Origin: the human T2T-CHM13v2.0 reference genome, Homo sapiens
Assembly (NCBI RefSeq): GCF_009914755.1
Contig: NC_060929.1
Length of the DNA: 64,000 nt
Strand: one strand, 5' to 3'
A program made the translations under genes and the position numbers. Every line of letters starts with the position of its first letter. Position 1 is the stretch's first letter. Shown here one piece after another: positions 49,801 to 64,000 of this stretch. Below the pieces are notes generated by a model. That model was not told where the DNA came from, searched no databases, and saw nothing but the letters and a program-made list of their open reading frames with translations.

Positions 49801-52800
49801 TGTCCTCTGATTTCTTTGACCATTCTTGTTGTACATATCCTTTACTTCTTGTTGTAATTCTTGTTGTAGATATCCTTTACTTCCCGGTTAGCTATATTCC
49901 TTGGTATATATGTTGTAATTCTTGTTAATTTCCTTGTTGTAATTCTTGTAATATTCCTTGGTATATATGTTGTAATTCTTGTTATAGATATCCTTTACAT
50001 CCTGGTTAGCTATATTCCTTGGTATTTTATTCCTTATGTGGCTATTGCAAATGGGATTGCATTCTTGATTTGGTTCTTGGCTTGGGTGGTATTGGTGTGT
50101 AGAAACACTACTGACTTTTGCCCATTGATATTGTATGTTGAAACTTTGCTGAAGTTGTTTGTAGGATTCAGGAGCCTTTGGGCAGTGACCATGGGGTTTT
50201 CTGGGTATAAAATCATATCATAAGTGAAGAGACATAGTTTAACTTTCTCTCCTCCTATTTGGATGCCATTTATTTCTTTCCCTTGCCAAATTGCTCTGGC
50301 TAGTACTTCCACTACTGTGTTGAATAGGAATGGTGAGAGTGGGCATCCTTTTCTTGTTCAGGCTCTCAAGAATAATCTTGTTTATTCTTTCAAAGAACCT
50401 ACTTTTGGTTTCCTTGATCTTTTTTATGACGTTCTTCATCTCCATTTTGTTCAGTACAGCTCTGATTTTGGTTATTTCCTTTCTTCAGTTAGCTTTGGGG
50501 TTAGTTTGCTCTTGTTTTTTAAGTTTATCTAGGCATGATGTTAGGTTGTCAATTTGAGAACTTTCTAACTTTTTCTTGTGGGTGTTTAGTGCTATAACCT
50601 TTCCTCTTGATTTCTGCCTTAATTTCATTGTTCACCCAAAAGTCGTTCAGGAACAAGATTGTTTAATTTCCATGTAATCATATGGTTTTGAGGGATCTTC
50701 TTGGTATTAGTTAGAATGATTTCCATTTCTTAAAACTTGAGAATTGTTTTATGACCCAGTATGTGGTCCATTTTAGAGTATGTACCATGTGCAGATGAGA
50801 AGAATATATATACTGCTGTTATTGGGTGGAGTGTTCTGTGGCTGTCTGTTAAGTCCATTTGGTTAAATGTGGAGTTCAGGTCCTGAATATCTTTGTTAGT
50901 TTTCTGCCTCAATGATCTGTCTAATACTGTCAGTGGGATGTTGAAGCCTCCAACTGTTGTTATGTGGTTATTTAAATCTTTTCATAAGTCACTAAGAACT
51001 CGTTTTATGAATCTGAGTGTTCCAGATGCATATATATGTTTTTATATATTTAGGATAATTAGGTCTTCTTGTTGATTGAACCCTTTATCATTATGTAATG
51101 CCCTTGTCATTTTTTATTGTTTTTGGTTTAAAGTCTGTTTTGTCTGAAATAAGATTAGCAACCTTTGCTCACTTTTGTTTTCTGTTGGTTTGATAGATCT
51201 TTCTCCATCACTTAGAGTCTATGGATGTAATTGCATATGAGATGGATCTCTTGAAGACAGCATACAGTTGGGTCTGGTTTCTTTATCCAACTTGCCACTC
51301 TTTCAAGTGGGAGCATTTAGCCCAGTTACATTCAAGGTTAATATCAATGTGTGAATTTGATCCTGTCATGGTGGTATTGGCTGGTTCTTATGCAGACTTA
51401 ATTGTAAAGTTGCTTTATGGCATCAATAGTCTATGTACTTAAGTGTGTTTTTGTAGTGGCTGGTAATGGTTTTCCATTTCCATTGTTAGCACTCCCTTTG
51501 GAACCTCTTGTTAGGCAAGTCTGCTGGTAATGAATTCTTTTAGCATTTGCTTGTCTGAAAAAGATTTTATTTCTCCTTCACATATGATGCTTAGTTTGGC
51601 TAGATATAAAATTCTTGGTTGGAGAATTTTTATTATCCTTTTTTTTTTTCTCTAAGGATGCTGAATATAGGCTCCCAATCTCTTCTGGCTTGTAGGGTTA
51701 ATGCTGAACGGTCCCCTATTAGCCTGATGGAGTTTCATTTGTAGGTGACCCACTCCTTCTTGCTAGCTACCTTTAATATTTTTTCTTTCATGCTGACCTT
51801 GGAGAATCTGATGACTCTCTGTCTTCACCATGGTCCTTTTGTATAATATTTCACAGGGGTTCTCTGAATTTCCTGTATTTGAATGTTGACCTCTCTGGTG
51901 AGGTTGGGGGAATTGTCATGGACAATATCCTCAAATATGTTTTCTATGTTTCTTGCTCTCTCTCCTGCTTTCTCAGGGACCCTAATGAGTCATAGGCTTG
52001 GTCTCTTTACATAATCTCATATTTCTTTGAAGTTTTCTTCATTTTTAAAAATTCTTTTTTCATTATTGTTGTCTGACTGAGTTCATTCAAAAAGCCGGTT
52101 CGAGCTCTGAGATTCTTTCCTCATCTTGTCCTATTCTGCAGTTAATACTTCTGATGGTGTTATGAAATTATTGTAGTAAGTTATTTAGCTCAAGATCAAT
52201 TTGGTTCTTTCTTAAAATAATCATTTCATGTTACATCCCTTGAATTGTTTTGCTGAATTCCTAAGATTCCTTGTATCAGATTTCTACTTTTTCATAGACT
52301 CTATTTGACTTTCATTGGTAAACAGATTCTGATTTATATGTCTGTTACTTCATTCATTTCATTCTGTTTAAGAACCATTGCTGGGGAGCTAGTGCAGCTG
52401 TTTGGAGGTAATAAGACACTCTGGCTTTTAGAGCTGCTAGAGTTCTTGCACTTTTTTTTCTCATCTGTGTGGGCTGATATTCCTTTAACTGTTGTGTAAT
52501 TTGAGTATTGTTAGTCGGCTTCCTTTCTGAATGTTTTTAGAAGGCCAAGACTTTGTGCAGTGTCTTTATTTGTGGCTGAATTCTTGCCCTTGATTTTATA
52601 GAGGGTTATATTATTATAGCAAAGTATTTTTGGTGTTGTAGTTTGGGCTGCAATACTGCAGATGGCACTCAAGTGTAATGTTCAGTATAGGCTCTTATCC
52701 TGCTGGTGAAGAACAATGGGGTTAGGGCTTACAGGGAAGATTGACTGGCTTCTTCTCCATAGACTGTCTGTGGCATGATGGAGGTGCCGGTAAAGCACCC

Positions 52801-53240
52801 AGGCTCTTAGTTTCTTTCCCAATCTCGTGCAGTCAGTGCCCTGTATCAGTTCCCAGAGGCAACTGACAGCCTCTCTGCCACTGTTGCTGCAGCCGTACCT
52901 GTCCCAGCAAGGTATGGGTACTGCTTCAGTGGCAGTGGCAGAGGGGCTATCAGTTTAGCTGGGAGTGGGACAGCTACTCTGTGGGCCCAAGCTGAGGGCT
53001 CTGACTGGTAAAGAGCATGGGGAGTGGAGGCTCATGTGGAAGACAGTCTAGCCTCCTCCCTGTAGGACAGCTGTGGTATGCTGGAGGTGTGAGTAAAGCA
53101 CTCAGGCTCTTTGTTCCTTCCCCAGACTAATGGCAGCAAGGGAGGGTACTGCTACAAAGCTTTGGCAGAGAGCCTGTGGATTGTCTCCGGGAAGTCCAGC
53201 CCAGAGAAATGCAGAGCCACACCTGGCTGAAGTGATCCAC
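46855..53240 (-). mobile_element. L1PA13-15-like LINE-1, from 3' UTR into 5' UTR, with internal deletions and a nested L1
   Basis: ORF2 remnants ([19 protein letters not shown]; QKTNKDIQDLNSTFNQMDLTD), ORF1 region and GC-richer 5' UTR; sequence jumps at ~50370 and ~50608. Confidence 0.85.
48377..49672 (-). mobile_element. L1PA7/8-like, 5'-truncated, nested in the older L1PA
   Basis: ttattatactttaatttctggg...tggtttgctgcacccatcaaccc; ORF2 C-terminus [19 protein letters not shown]. Confidence 0.9.
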
Positions 53241-53327
53241 TTGTTAATTACTGGTGTATAAGAAAGTGATTGACTTTTGTATTCTGTGATCTTGCTGTAA
53301 TCGTTTATTAGTCCCAGGAAGAGTATG

Positions 53328-53337
53328 TATGTGTGTG

Positions 53338-53377
<40 letters not shown>
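53328..53377. repeat. (TG)n microsatellite
   Basis: Visible directly in the sequence. Confidence 0.95.
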
Positions 53378-53380
<3 letters not shown>

Positions 53381-56300
53381 TCTTTGATTGTCTATTGTCT
53401 ACCTAGACAATTATGCAAACAAAGACAGTTTTATTTCTTCCTTCCCAATCTGGATAATTTTATTTCTTTTTCTTATCTTATTGCATTAGTTAGGAATTCC
53501 AGTACAATGTTTAAAAGCAGCAGTGAGAGGAGACATGTTTGCTTTATTCCTGATATTAGTGGGAAGACTTCACATTTCTCACCATTAAGTATGATGTTAG
53601 CTGTAGGGTTTTTTTTATAGGTAATCTTTATCAGGTTGAGTAAGTTTCCCTCCATTTCTAGTTTACTGGAGTTTTATTTTTTATTATGAATGGATATTGC
53701 ATTTTATCCAGTGTTTTTATCTGAATCTATTGATGTGATCATGTGGTTTTTCTTTGTTAGCATGTTGATGTGATGGATTACATCACATCAATTAATTGAC
53801 TTTTGAAAGTTGAACAAGCCTTGCATACCTGGAATAAATCCCACTTGGTCATGGTGTATAATTTCTATTATACATTGTTGGATTTTATTTGCTAATGTTT
53901 TGTTGATATTTTTTGCATTTATGTTCATGAAAGATATTGCATAGTTTCTCTTTCTTGGAATGTCTTTATTTGGTTTTGATGTTATGGTAGTCCTAGCCTT
54001 ACAGAATGAGTTAGAAAGTATTCCCTCTGCTTTTATATTTTGAAAAAGACTGTAAAAAAATTGGTATAATTTCTTCCTTATATGTTTAGTAGAATTCACC
54101 AGAGAATCCATCTGAGCTTGCTTCTTTCTCTTTTGGAAAGTTATTACTTATTTATTAGTGTCTTTAATAAACATAGGACAATTCAGATTATTTCTTCTTG
54201 TGTGAGCTTTGGCAAGTTGTGTCTTTAAAGGAATTGGTCCATCTAGGTTATCAAATGTGTGAACATAGAGGTGTTCATAGCATTCCTTTATTATTCTTTT
54301 AATGTTCATGGTATCTGTAGTGGTATTCCTTCTTAGTTAGCCTTGCTAGAGGCTTATCAATTATAGTTAATCTTTTCAAAAAACCAGCCTCTGATTTTGT
54401 TAATTTCTTCTACTGATTTTCTGTTTTCAAGTATTAATCTATGTTCTAATTCTTATCATTTCTTTTGCTTCATTTGAATTTAATTTGCCCTTCTTTTTCT
54501 TGTTTTCTAAAGTGGAAGCTTAGATTATTGATTTTAGATCTTTCTTCTTTTGTAATATATGAATTAAATGCTATAACTATCTCTTAAGCACTACTTTCAC
54601 TGAAATCCACAAGTATTAATAAATTGTGTTTTTTATTTAGCTCAAAATATTGTGTAATATCTTTCCAAATTCTTTCGTCCATGTTGTTACAAATGTATTT
54701 TTTTAGTTTTAAACTTTTTTTCTGTTATTAATTTCTAGTTTAGTCTCATTGTGGTCTGAGAGCAGACATTATATCATTTCTATTCTTTTAAATTTGTTAA
54801 AATGTATTTTATGGCTCAGAATGTGGTCTGTCTTGGCAAATGTTCCATGTCAGCACGACAAAAATGTGTATTCTGATGTTGTTGAATGAAGTAGTACAGA
54901 TCTTCATTATATTCATTTGATTGATGGGGTTGTTGAATTCAGTTATACCTTTACTGATTTTCTGCCTGTTAAATCTGTACATTTCTGATAGAGGTGTGTT
55001 AAGTCTCCAACTGTGATTGTGGATTCATCTCTTATTTCTTGCAGTTTTCTCAGGCTTTCCCTCATATAATTTGATGCTGCTGTTAGGCACATACATGTTG
55101 AAGATTGTTGTCTTTCAGATAATTGATCCCTTTATAGTTATGTAATGCTCTTTCTTATTCCTGATAACTTCCTTGCATTAAAATCTGCTCTTTTTGAAAT
55201 TTATACAGCTACTCCACTTTTGTTTTCATTCGTGTTAGCATGGTATATTTTCTCCATCTATTTACTTTTGATATATATGTATTTTTATATTTAAACTGAG
55301 TTTCTTGCAGACAACATCTAGTTGTGTCTTGTTTTCTTGATGTGCTCTGACAATTTCTGTCTTGCAGTTGATGCATTTTGACCATTGATGTTCAAAGTGA
55401 TTATGTAGTTGGATTACTATCTACCATATTTGCTACTGTTTTCTACTTGTTGCCTTTGTTCTTTGGTCCAGTTTTTATTTTCCACTCTTTTTCTGCCTTT
55501 TGTGATTTCTATTGAACATTTTATATAATTTTCTCTTCTTTCTTAGCATATCAATTCGACTTCTTTTCAATGTTTCTCCTGGCTGTCCTAGAGTTTGCAA
55601 TATACATTTATAACTAATCCATGTCTACTTTCAAATAACACTATATCACTTCACAGGAAGTGTGAGCACCTTATAAACACAAAATATTTCTAATTTCCTC
55701 TGCCATTCCTTCTATCACCACTTATACATAGTATACGTAAACATATATATGGTATATACATAAGTATACATAATTGAACATATTGTCAGTATTATTACTT
55801 TAAACAAATGGTTATCTGTTAGATCAATTAAAATAAGGGAAAAAAACTTTTTTATTTTGCCTTCACTTATTCCTACTTCAATGATCTTCCTTTCTTTACA
55901 TACATCTGAGTTTCTGACCTATATTATTTTCCTTCCATCCCAAGGAATTATTTTAACATTTCTTGCAAGGCAGATCTGCCTCCTCAGTTTTTGTCTGCGA
56001 AAGACTTCATTACTCATTCAACTTTGAAAGACAATTCACAGGGTACAGAATTCTAGGTTGGTAGGGGATGAAAATCAGCAGTTTATTTAGCTCCACTCTC
56101 TTCCAGTATGCCTGGTTTCTGAGAAGTTGGTTGTAGTTCTTATCTTTGTCCCTCTATAGATAAGTACAATGTAGGTAATGTGTTGTTTCCCTCTGCTTCT
56201 TTCAGAATTTTATGTTTGATTTTCTGTAGTTTGGAAATAGCATGCCTAGACATAGGCTTTTGTTTTGCTTTGGTTTTTGCATTTATCCTGCTTGCTGTTT

Positions 56301-56423
56301 TCTAGGTTTCCTGGCTGTGTGATTTGGTGTTGAACATTACTTTGGGGAAATACTTGGTCATTATTATTTCACATATTTCTTCTGTTTCTTTCGTCTGGTA
56401 TTTCCATTACATGTGTATTACAC

Positions 56424-56749
<326 letters not shown>

Positions 56750-58194
56750 GTATATTACACTTTTTTGTAGTTGTGCCACAGTCCTTGGATATTCTTTTGT
56801 TTTTTCAAGTCTTTGTTCTCATTTCTTTTCATTTTTGGAAGTTTCTGTTGATATATCCTCAAGCTCAGAGATATTTTCTTCAGCCATACCTAGTCTATTG
56901 TAAACCCATCAAGGACATTATTCTTTCAGTTACAGTGTTTTTTATTTCTAGCATTTTTTTTAGAATGTTTATCTCTGTGTTTACATTGCCCACCTATTCT
57001 TGCATTCTGTCTACTTTATTCATTAGGGAACTTAGCATATTAACTATAGTTGTTTTAAATTTTCTTTCTAATAATTCCAGCATCCTTGCCATATCTGATT
57101 CTGGTTTTAATGCTTCTTTTGCCTCTTCTACTTGTGGATTTTTTTTTTTGCCTTTAGTATGTTTTGTAATATTTTCTTGATAACCAGATATGATGGACCA
57201 GGTAAAAGGAACTGCTTTGTATGGGCTTTTAGTAATGTGTTGCTAAGGTTTAGGGGCAGGGGAAAACATTCTATAGACCCATGCTTGCTTAGGTCTCAAT
57301 CTTTAAGTGAGCCTGTGTTCCTGGACTGTGAACTACACAAGTGCTTCTCAGTTTCTCCCCTATCCCTTTAGGGAGACAGGACAACTAGAGTAGGCTGGAA
57401 TTGGGTATTTCCTTTTCTGAGGTCAATTAGTTTCTGATAATATCCCAGCAAGTTAGGCTCTGGTTCTGGAGTTTCTTCTGGGGTCAGGTCTGGTTAAGAA
57501 GAGCATAGTTCTCTAGCATATTGCAAAATAATTCTTTCTTCTTGCCTTCCTCTCCCCTTCCCTACCAAAAGCATGAGGAAATTTTTGTCTGATGTTTGCT
57601 GTAAGAACTTGGTGAACTCCTCAAGGTAAAAGCCACAAAAGTGTGACAGCTCCCATTTGACTGAATCCCCCTTGGAGTTTTTAACTCTCAGGCTTGCATG
57701 CACAGGCATTTTTAAACAAAAGAAGTCAGTTCTCTGTTTTATTTTTCCTCCTTTAAGAGTAGTATGTCTTTATCACTCTGGCTGTTTTTAGATCTTTCTT
57801 TGTCTTTGGCTTTTAGCTATTGGCCCCTGATATACTACCTATGTTTTTGTTTTTGCTTTTAATTCTGCTTAGGTTTGACGGCGCTCCTTTGAATCTGTGG
57901 TTTAAGTGCTTTTGATAATCTTGGAAATTAATTGGCCAAAATTTTACCTATTAAAGCTTTTAGCCCCTCCCTTTCTCACTCTCCTCTTCTTCTGTAATAT
58001 TTTTACACAGCTATTAGACCTTCTTTTTACCATGTTTCATAGGTACTTTTTGTATTTATTAATCCATTCATTTTTTCTATGTTTCACTCTGGATATTTTA
58101 TATCATCCTATCTTTCAGTTTACTAATAGTGTTTCATTGTCTCATTTACTGTTACACACATATATCGGTTTTGTTTTTTTGGTTGTTTGTTGCT

Positions 58195-58507
<313 letters not shown>

Positions 58508-58802
58508 ATGTTGGGTTCTTGACTTTATTATGTTAGAATTTCTCTGGTTAAATTATCCACCTCATCATTTATTTTCTTGAATATATTTATCTTTTTCTAT
58601 GTCCGTGTCTAATGGTTCCAACATATGGGACATCTGTGTGTAAAAAAATGGGGCATTACTTTGAAGCTCTTTCTGAGATCTTTTTAGAGGAATTTTCTTT
58701 TTCTTTCTATTGGGTACTTCTGAAGTATAGTCTTCAGGAGAACTATAGTTGACCCTTGACCAACATGGGGGATAGGGAAGCCATCCCCTCATGCAATCAC
58801 TC

Positions 58803-59335
58803 TTTGACCCCAGAAATCCCATTACTGGGTATATACCCAAAAGATTATAAATCATGCTACTATAAAGACACATGCACATGTATGTTTATTGCAGCACTAT
58901 TCACAATAGCAAAGACTTGGAACCAACCCAAATGCCCATCAGTGATAGACTGGATAAAGAAAATGTGGCATATATACACTATGGAATACTATGCAGCCAT
59001 AAAAAAGGATGAGTTCACATCCTTTGCAGGGACATGGATGAAGCTGGAAACCATCATTCTCAGCAAACTAACACAGGAACAGAAAACCAAACATCACAAG
59101 TTCTCACTCATAAGTGGGAGTTGAACAATGTGAACACATGGACTCAGGGAGGGGAACATCACACACCAGGGCCTGTCAGGGTGTGGGGGTGCTAGAGGAA
59201 GAATAGCATTGGGAGAAATACCTGGTGTAGATGACAGATTGATGGGTGCAGCAAACCACCATGGCACGTGTATACCTATGTAACAAATCTGCCTATTCTG
59301 CACATGTATCCCAGAACTTAAAGTATAATAAAAAA
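58803..59335 (+). mobile_element. L1PA7/8-like 3' end inserted in Tigger2
   Basis: ORF2 C-terminus IPLLGIYPKDYKSCYYKDTC...WHIYTMEYYAAIKK, then 3' UTR ending cttaaagtataataaaaaa. Confidence 0.93.
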
Positions 59336-60604
59336 TTGCATATAACTTTTGACTCCTCAAATACTTAACTACTAATAGCCTTCTGTTGACTGGAAGCCTT
59401 ACCAATAATATAAGCGGTCTAGTAACACATATTTTATATATTATGTGTATGATATCTGCATTCTTACAATAAGCTAAAGAAAAGAAAATGTTATTCAGAA
59501 AATCACAAGGGAGATAAATTATACTTATTAGTCATTAAGTGAAAGTGGATCATCAAAAGGGTTTTCATTCTCATGGTCTTCACATTGAGTAGGCTGAAGA
59601 AGAGCAGGGATTGATCTTGCCATCTCAGGAGTGGCAGAGGTGGCAGAGATGGAGAAGGTAGAGAGGAGGAAGGAGAGGCAGGCACACTTGGTGGAACTTA
59701 ATGGAAATGCATCATAATTTCAGACATTTTGCTTGTTTCTTTTCTCTAAAAATATTTCTATACAGTACCAATACTTCTTCCACTATTTGCATTACTTTCA
59801 TTGCCTGTATCATAGAAGGGTCCATGTCATAAAAGAAGTCAAAAGCAGTTTTGAATAATTGGAATCCTTCTGTCAAGTTTTCTAATGTCAATTTGTTTTC
59901 TGGCACTGCTTCTTCTGTCTTCTTTTTCATAGTTTGGCATGGTTTAGAAGCACTCATCTTTATCAAGTCATATTCTGTTAATTCCTCTGCTGTGGTGCCT
60001 ATTACCACTTGAATTTCTCTAAGATTCACAAAATCTTTAAACACTTCACCCCCTACCTTTTTTTGCCATATCTATAATTTCTTTCGTGATTTTCTTGATT
60101 GGCTCTGTTATAAATCCTGTGAAGCCATGCACATATAGACACAGTTTTCTTCAGCAGGAATGTATTATTTTGAGCTTGATGGTTTTCATGGATTTTTCTA
60201 TAACAAGGATGGCATAATCAATGGTGTAATCCTGTTAGACTTATGTAACATTCTAACTATCAGGTTTCTCTGTCATAGCATTGACAATCTTTTCCATAGA
60301 GTAGCATGTATAATGAGCCTTAAGGGTTCCTATGACCCCAATCTAGAGGATGAATTAAAGATGTTGTGTTTGGAGGCAAGTGGACCACTTTGACACCTTC
60401 AGTATTAAACTCACAGGGCTCTGGATGAGCAGGGGTATGGTCCAATATCAAAAGAACTGGAAAAGGCAGTCCCTTACTGGCAAGGTACTTCCTGACTTCA
60501 AGGACAAAACATTGATGAAACCAATCCAGAAAAGGGGATCCTGCTGTCCAGGCTATCTTGTTGTATAATCAGAAGACTGGAAGCAGGTGCTTATCTTTTC
60601 CCTT

Positions 60605-61077
60605 TATTGGCCTAAAGAAGGAAACCGAAGCACAAATACAACTTCAAACTTCAACTAAAATGGGACAAGCTTCCCAGAAGACTCACACCCAAGCAACCTT
60701 GGATATGTGCTCCATGTAGCCTTTGTTACAGTAGGTTTTTAAGGGCAAACAAGGGAGACAAGGAGTGGGCTAATACAAAGTTGTTTGTCAGGAATTCTTC
60801 ATGGGTTCACAAAAATAGCATTTATTAGTGACTGTTGTACATTTTTTAACCATAGGGTATGATTTATGGTGTCCAGTATGTGGGATTGTTAGGTTAGTTT
60901 ATAGCTATTTGTGTCATCAGTCAGTCTAGAGTCCACATAGCATGCAGCTTCAAGTAATGATTATGTAGCTCAAGGGGGAAGTTGGACACAGTTGGTGTCT
61001 CATTCCTATGCCTCCCTAGGCCTGATAATTTAGAGGAGATTCATATTCCTCAGATAAAATGTTTATTTTCTTTTTTA
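60605..61077 (-). mobile_element. ERV1 (MER4-group, MER67-like) solo LTR inserted in Tigger2
   Basis: 473-bp insert with perfect 4-bp TSD CCTT (60601-60604 and 61078-61081); minus strand start ...ttttatctgaggaat...aattatcaggcc. Confidence 0.7.
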
Positions 61078-61955
61078 CCTTCAAGGTTCAGCGGATAGCA
61101 GTTTTATAGGTAACGGCAATCCTGATCATAAACCTGACTGAACTTGCATAAAACAGTAGAATTAGCCTATCCCTTCCTGCTTTAAATCCCAGTGCTCGCT
61201 TCTCTTCCTTACTAATAAATTTCTTTTGTGGATTTTCTGGAATAGGGCACTTTCATCTGCATTAAGAACTTGGTCAGGCAGATAGCCTTTCCCCTCAATG
61301 ATTTTCTTAATGGCATTTAAGAACTCATCTGCTGTCTGTTGGTCAGCAGAAGCTCCTCCTGTTATCTTGACATTTTAAAAGTCAAACCTCTTTCTAAAAT
61401 TATCAAACCATCCTTTGCTGGCATTAAATTTTCCAGCTTTAGATCCTTCATCTTCTTTTTGCTTTAAGTTGTCACATATAATGACTTTGCTTTTTCTCAA
61501 ATCATATTAGAGTTTATATGTATGCCTTTCCTATAATGCAACCCTGCACCCATATAAAGCTGCATTTTCAATACAGATACAAGATAATACAAGATAAATA
61601 GGCACTTCACAACAAGGGCAAGGATTTTGTGCCTGCTAGCATAGCTGCAGCAACAGCTTCATGAATTTCCTTCCTTTTTTATTTTTTGACAGTGGTCCTT
61701 ACACTGGATTCATTTATCCTGAAATGGTGGGCAATCACAGCTTTAGACCCCGATCTGTGGTACGTATCAAGTGACCCAAACTTTTCTTGTAATGCCATGA
61801 CTTTTCTATGCTTCTTGGGAGCACTTCCAGCACTACTAGTGGCACTTTGTATGAGTCCCATAGTATTATTTAAGGTTTATGGTATTGCAAGAAACACAAC
61901 AAAAATGTCCACATAAATCATGAGAGATCACTTTTTACTGTGATAAGAAATTTAC

Positions 61956-62374
<419 letters not shown>

Positions 62375-63057
62375 CTACAAAGTTATTATAGTAGTACAGT
62401 ATTACTCCAGTTAATTTTATGCAGTTATCACTTACTACTGTATCTTTATATTTATTTACATTTCTCTAGACTGCAAATGACACTGTGTATAGTGATTGTG
62501 TGCATAAGTTTTGATAAATTTTAACTTTTTATGCTAGATTTGTATATATCTTCTGGTAGTAAAGGACAAAATAGATTAGTATCTACATATATTTTATGTA
62601 TTCTTGACATACCTAACTTTATTTTTCAAAGCTGCATGGTTCATCTGCAAGTTATTTCCAATTGTTGCAAATCTCCAAAATATTTTCAGTGTATTTATTG
62701 AAAAAATATCTGTGTAAAAGTGGACCCATACAGTTCAAACCTATGTTGTTCAAGGGTCAACTGTAATTGGAATTCTAAGGTCTTTAGTAGGACTGTTTTT
62801 CCTTGGCTGTCTCTGATTCCTAATTGTCGTCTCCCCAATATATAAGATAACTTAAGCTCATCTGAGCTTCTCAGACTCTTAGCTGTCACTTTATGTTTAC
62901 TTTCTCAGTGTTTTAGCCCTACAAGTTCTGTAAGTTAGCAAACACCTCAAAGGGGACAATGCCATGGAATGTTAAGCTTAAGAATATAAGACTAACCTCA
63001 TTTTGCTTCTTTATTGCTCCAGAAAGTTTCAGTTTCTCTTTGATGCCCTCAAACATT

Positions 63058-63097
63058 TGTGTGTGTGTGTGTGTGTGGTGGTGGTGGTGGTGGTGGT
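63058..63097. repeat. Compound (TG)n(GGT)n microsatellite
   Basis: Visible directly in the sequence. Confidence 0.9.
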
Positions 63098-63784
63098 AGA
63101 GATAGTGGAACAGGGGTGGGGGTATTTTATCCAGCCTTCCTGGTAGCTTTCTATTGCCAGATTTATCTATACCAATCTATGCCACCATTCCTGGCAGTAG
63201 ATAACTCCTAGCTTGGTTTCTAAGAGTGATTTTCCTCATTTGCCTTCAAAAATACTCATTGTCTGCTTCATAAAATTAGATGGATCTGGATATGCACATA
63301 GTTACTAATGGGACAATGCTGATATTTCATAACTTCTCATTACAAGGCCAGAACAAGCTCTCACTCAGTACTTCTACACTTTTAAATCAACAGGTGTCCT
63401 TGGTAATAAACGAGAATTGATGAAAAATCACCGTGAGAATTTATATTCATCTTTAATGGCTTAATTAAGCAGCATTTTAAATTGCCATTCAATGCCACTA
63501 GTTCTTGATTTCATATGCTACACTTGGCCAGGAAGAGGATAGATCACTGAAAATCACAGATAATCCAACATTTCTTTTGGGTCACTAGTTTCAAGCTTTC
63601 TCTCCAAACTTTCTTTACTCTTAACCAGAAATTTTACTGTATATAATATATTCATGTTCCAGGGAATACATAAACACATACAGAAATTCCCAAAGACTAA
63701 TGGGAGAGCAAAAGTAAAAAAAGCAGGGACTGTAAAAAAACTACAAATGAAACATTATCTCTAGTGTAAAGAAGAATTTTTTAA

Positions 63785-63935
63785 ATTGGCAATTATGTGC
63801 CAGGAACTTAAGATATATTTTAAATCCTTTCAGCAGCCCTGTGAGGAAGGCATTATATCCATTTACATATTAGAAAACCTACACAGTGAGGTTAAGAAAC
63901 TTCATTAGAGGCATCTAGCCAGTGGGTGGCATTCC
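63785..63935 (-). mobile_element. MIR
   Basis: tatgtgccagg...tttaaatcctttcagcagccctgtgagg...gaggttaagaaactt. Confidence 0.7.
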
Positions 63936-64000
63936 TAGGTAAAACAAGTAAAGAACTTCCTATGATTAGTAGGAAGAGTACAACCATTTCTTTTTATTCC

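Noticed and set aside
58756-59124. 122-aa ORF fusing the Tigger2 end to the L1 ORF2 C-terminus
   Set aside because: Accidental read-through across an insertion junction, with a non-ATG start and no expression evidence.

Overview
This is not microbial DNA. It is AT-rich, CpG-depleted simian primate genomic sequence, probably human or ape (AluY/AluS/AluJ, L1PA/L1PB/L1MA, THE1, MST, MLT2A, Tigger2). I recognise no host protein-coding gene; the tracked ORFs are transposon remnants or chance frames. Main content: (i) a minus-strand HERV-L provirus (~3724-9883) with degenerate gag-pro-pol-dUTPase, a complete MLT2A 5' LTR, and a 3' LTR reduced to a fold-back-rearranged stub; (ii) a repeat-poor stretch (~14.4-22.0 kb) with candidate regulatory and splice signals; (iii) a nested L1 field (33-58 kb), including a TSD-bounded, apparently full-length L1PB4-like element inside a twin-primed L1MA; (iv) a full-length Tigger2 with both TIRs, interrupted by an L1, an LTR and an AluY. 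I find no new biological system. The most unusual structures are a tail-to-tail pair of MSTB LTRs sharing a single 5-bp target duplication, a polyadenylated ERV1-LTR fragment apparently inserted by L1 machinery, and several templated fold-back or serial-duplication scars. Subfamily names come from recalled consensus sequences and need RepeatMasker/Dfam confirmation; boundaries without a TSD are approximate.
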